A stretch of DNA of 34,745 nt from positions 1 to 34,745 of the forward strand of contig NIVC01004804.1 of the NCBI GenBank assembly GCA_002269645.1. The letters run 5' to 3'. Made by a program: the position numbers and the translations under genes. The notes under the pieces were generated by a model, which saw only the letters and a list, made by a program, of their open reading frames with translations, was not told the origin of the DNA and did not search any database. This document shows, one piece after another, positions 33,288 to 34,745 of the stretch (the first letter of the stretch is position 1; each line of letters opens with the position of its first letter). Source of the stretch: Macrostomum lignano (lineage: Eukaryota).

Positions 33288-34745
33288 AACTTTGCTGACA
33301 ATAATTAATAACTTGCGATTTACTCGATTATGCCACGAGAAAAGCTTAATTCAAGACACCTTAATTTTATTAGCTTTTTACTGATATTTTGAGTCGTAAA
33401 TTAGTTCCTGTCCCTAATCCACTGCTAAATTAAGTTGCACCGCAATTAACGACGTTAATCATTGTAGTAATCGATTAGCCATGAGTCTACTTACGCGAAT
33501 AATTAATTTGTCACATAGAAAAAGCTCCCTGCGAAGGGTTCCAGCTGCACGTAAATCTCTATGATTTCTATACCCTGAAAAGTTTTTTTATCGAGAAAGC
33601 TATAAAATTTTCAGCCCTAATATCAAAACCGTCGTTCTGCAGTTTATGGATTTTATGCTCCTACAATACACTGGTCAATCACTTATTGAATGCACTGTTT
33701 AGTTTTAATTCCAGCATTTTAACTCTACGGATTTTTTTCTGAAATATGAATGGATGTAGAAAATGCCTGTGAGGCGTAAAGCGGGCAGCCTGCAAGGTCG
33801 AACAAAGCCGCTTGAAACTGCCGCACTGCTTTGCATGTAAAACAGTTTAAAGTTATTAGTCGACTAACACTTGACATTCCTGCCGACAAAAAAAACAACT
33901 ATTTTACCTACCTGCCCTACCCTAATGAGGATCAAGGAGATAATCGCAAAAAACTTCACTTCAGGGAATCACTGAACCTCTAAATGCACGCGGCATGTTC
34001 CACGGATATGTATCCACCCTTCAACTTATAAACTGTGAATTGAAAGTAGTATTTTAGAATCTACCTGAGAACATTGTTGGCTGCAAGTTAGACTCATATC
34101 ATGGACAACTCCATTGACTCATCCATGGACTCATATATGTAGTTAAAATTAAATGCGTTTTCAGTCGTTAAACAGCACATTGAAGTTTGCAACCCTTTGT
34201 TAAAATCATCTGTTCGTTCTTTGCCTATTCGAATAAGTCAAAATGCTGTGACAACGATGGCTCCAAGATGGCTGGCAGATAAGCAGATAAGCTAGCTAAA
34301 GTTATCGACCAAGCTCGAATCTTCAAACAAAACTACATGAACCTTTTCTCTTAGTGCGAGGCTCTATCCATCTATCAAACTATTTTTTATAATCTATTAT
34401 CTATTATCTAACAACCATACATGTTACCTAATGGCAGAATCTTCGTATCCCGTACAGACCAATGGCACTTGTAATCGATCAAATATGATAGTTTCTGCAA
34501 AACTCGTGTTTTTCGCATCAAATATGAAAGCTTAATCTATCAGTGGGAGAGCTACTGGAATTAAAGCCATGCTCAAAGATCATTGTTCATCTGTGTGAAT
34601 CTGTGACTAAATATTCCATGCTCTGTGACGTTTCGGTGATCATCGTTGACTTATTTCTTATTTATTATTTATTGCAAATTCTCTTCTCGTGTTAGGCTGT
34701 ATGCACAAAGATCTGAACAAGAGGCAGTTTAGTGTTTGATTTAGC

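Overview
Eukaryotic, intron-rich, probably invertebrate animal DNA. The six-frame ORF track is dominated by repeat artefacts. The real content is a tandem cluster of paralogous, divergent ionotropic glutamate receptor (iGluR)-like genes, recovered by hand splicing. Copy D (+, 27464-33287) is a complete 12-exon gene with all GT-AG introns, encoding about 832 aa (signal peptide, ATD, S1, M1, MQQG pore, M3, S2, M4, short Cys-rich tail). Copy B (+, 11401-14727) keeps exons 1-5 and the terminal M4 exon but has lost exons 6-11. Copy C (-, 19883-16373) keeps exons 1-6 and is fused to a terminal-exon 3' end at the ATD/S1 boundary. There is also an orphan terminal exon (copy A, +, 6345-6621) and a disabled exon 11-12 remnant (copy A', -, 8346-7848). 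Between the genes lie a Helitron-like element carrying 18-bp and 23-bp satellite arrays, nested mariner relics, a foldback-like element with a 52-bp satellite in one arm, a MITE-like inverted repeat, SINE-like pieces and microsatellites. All identifications come from manual reading and motif recall; no database search was run.
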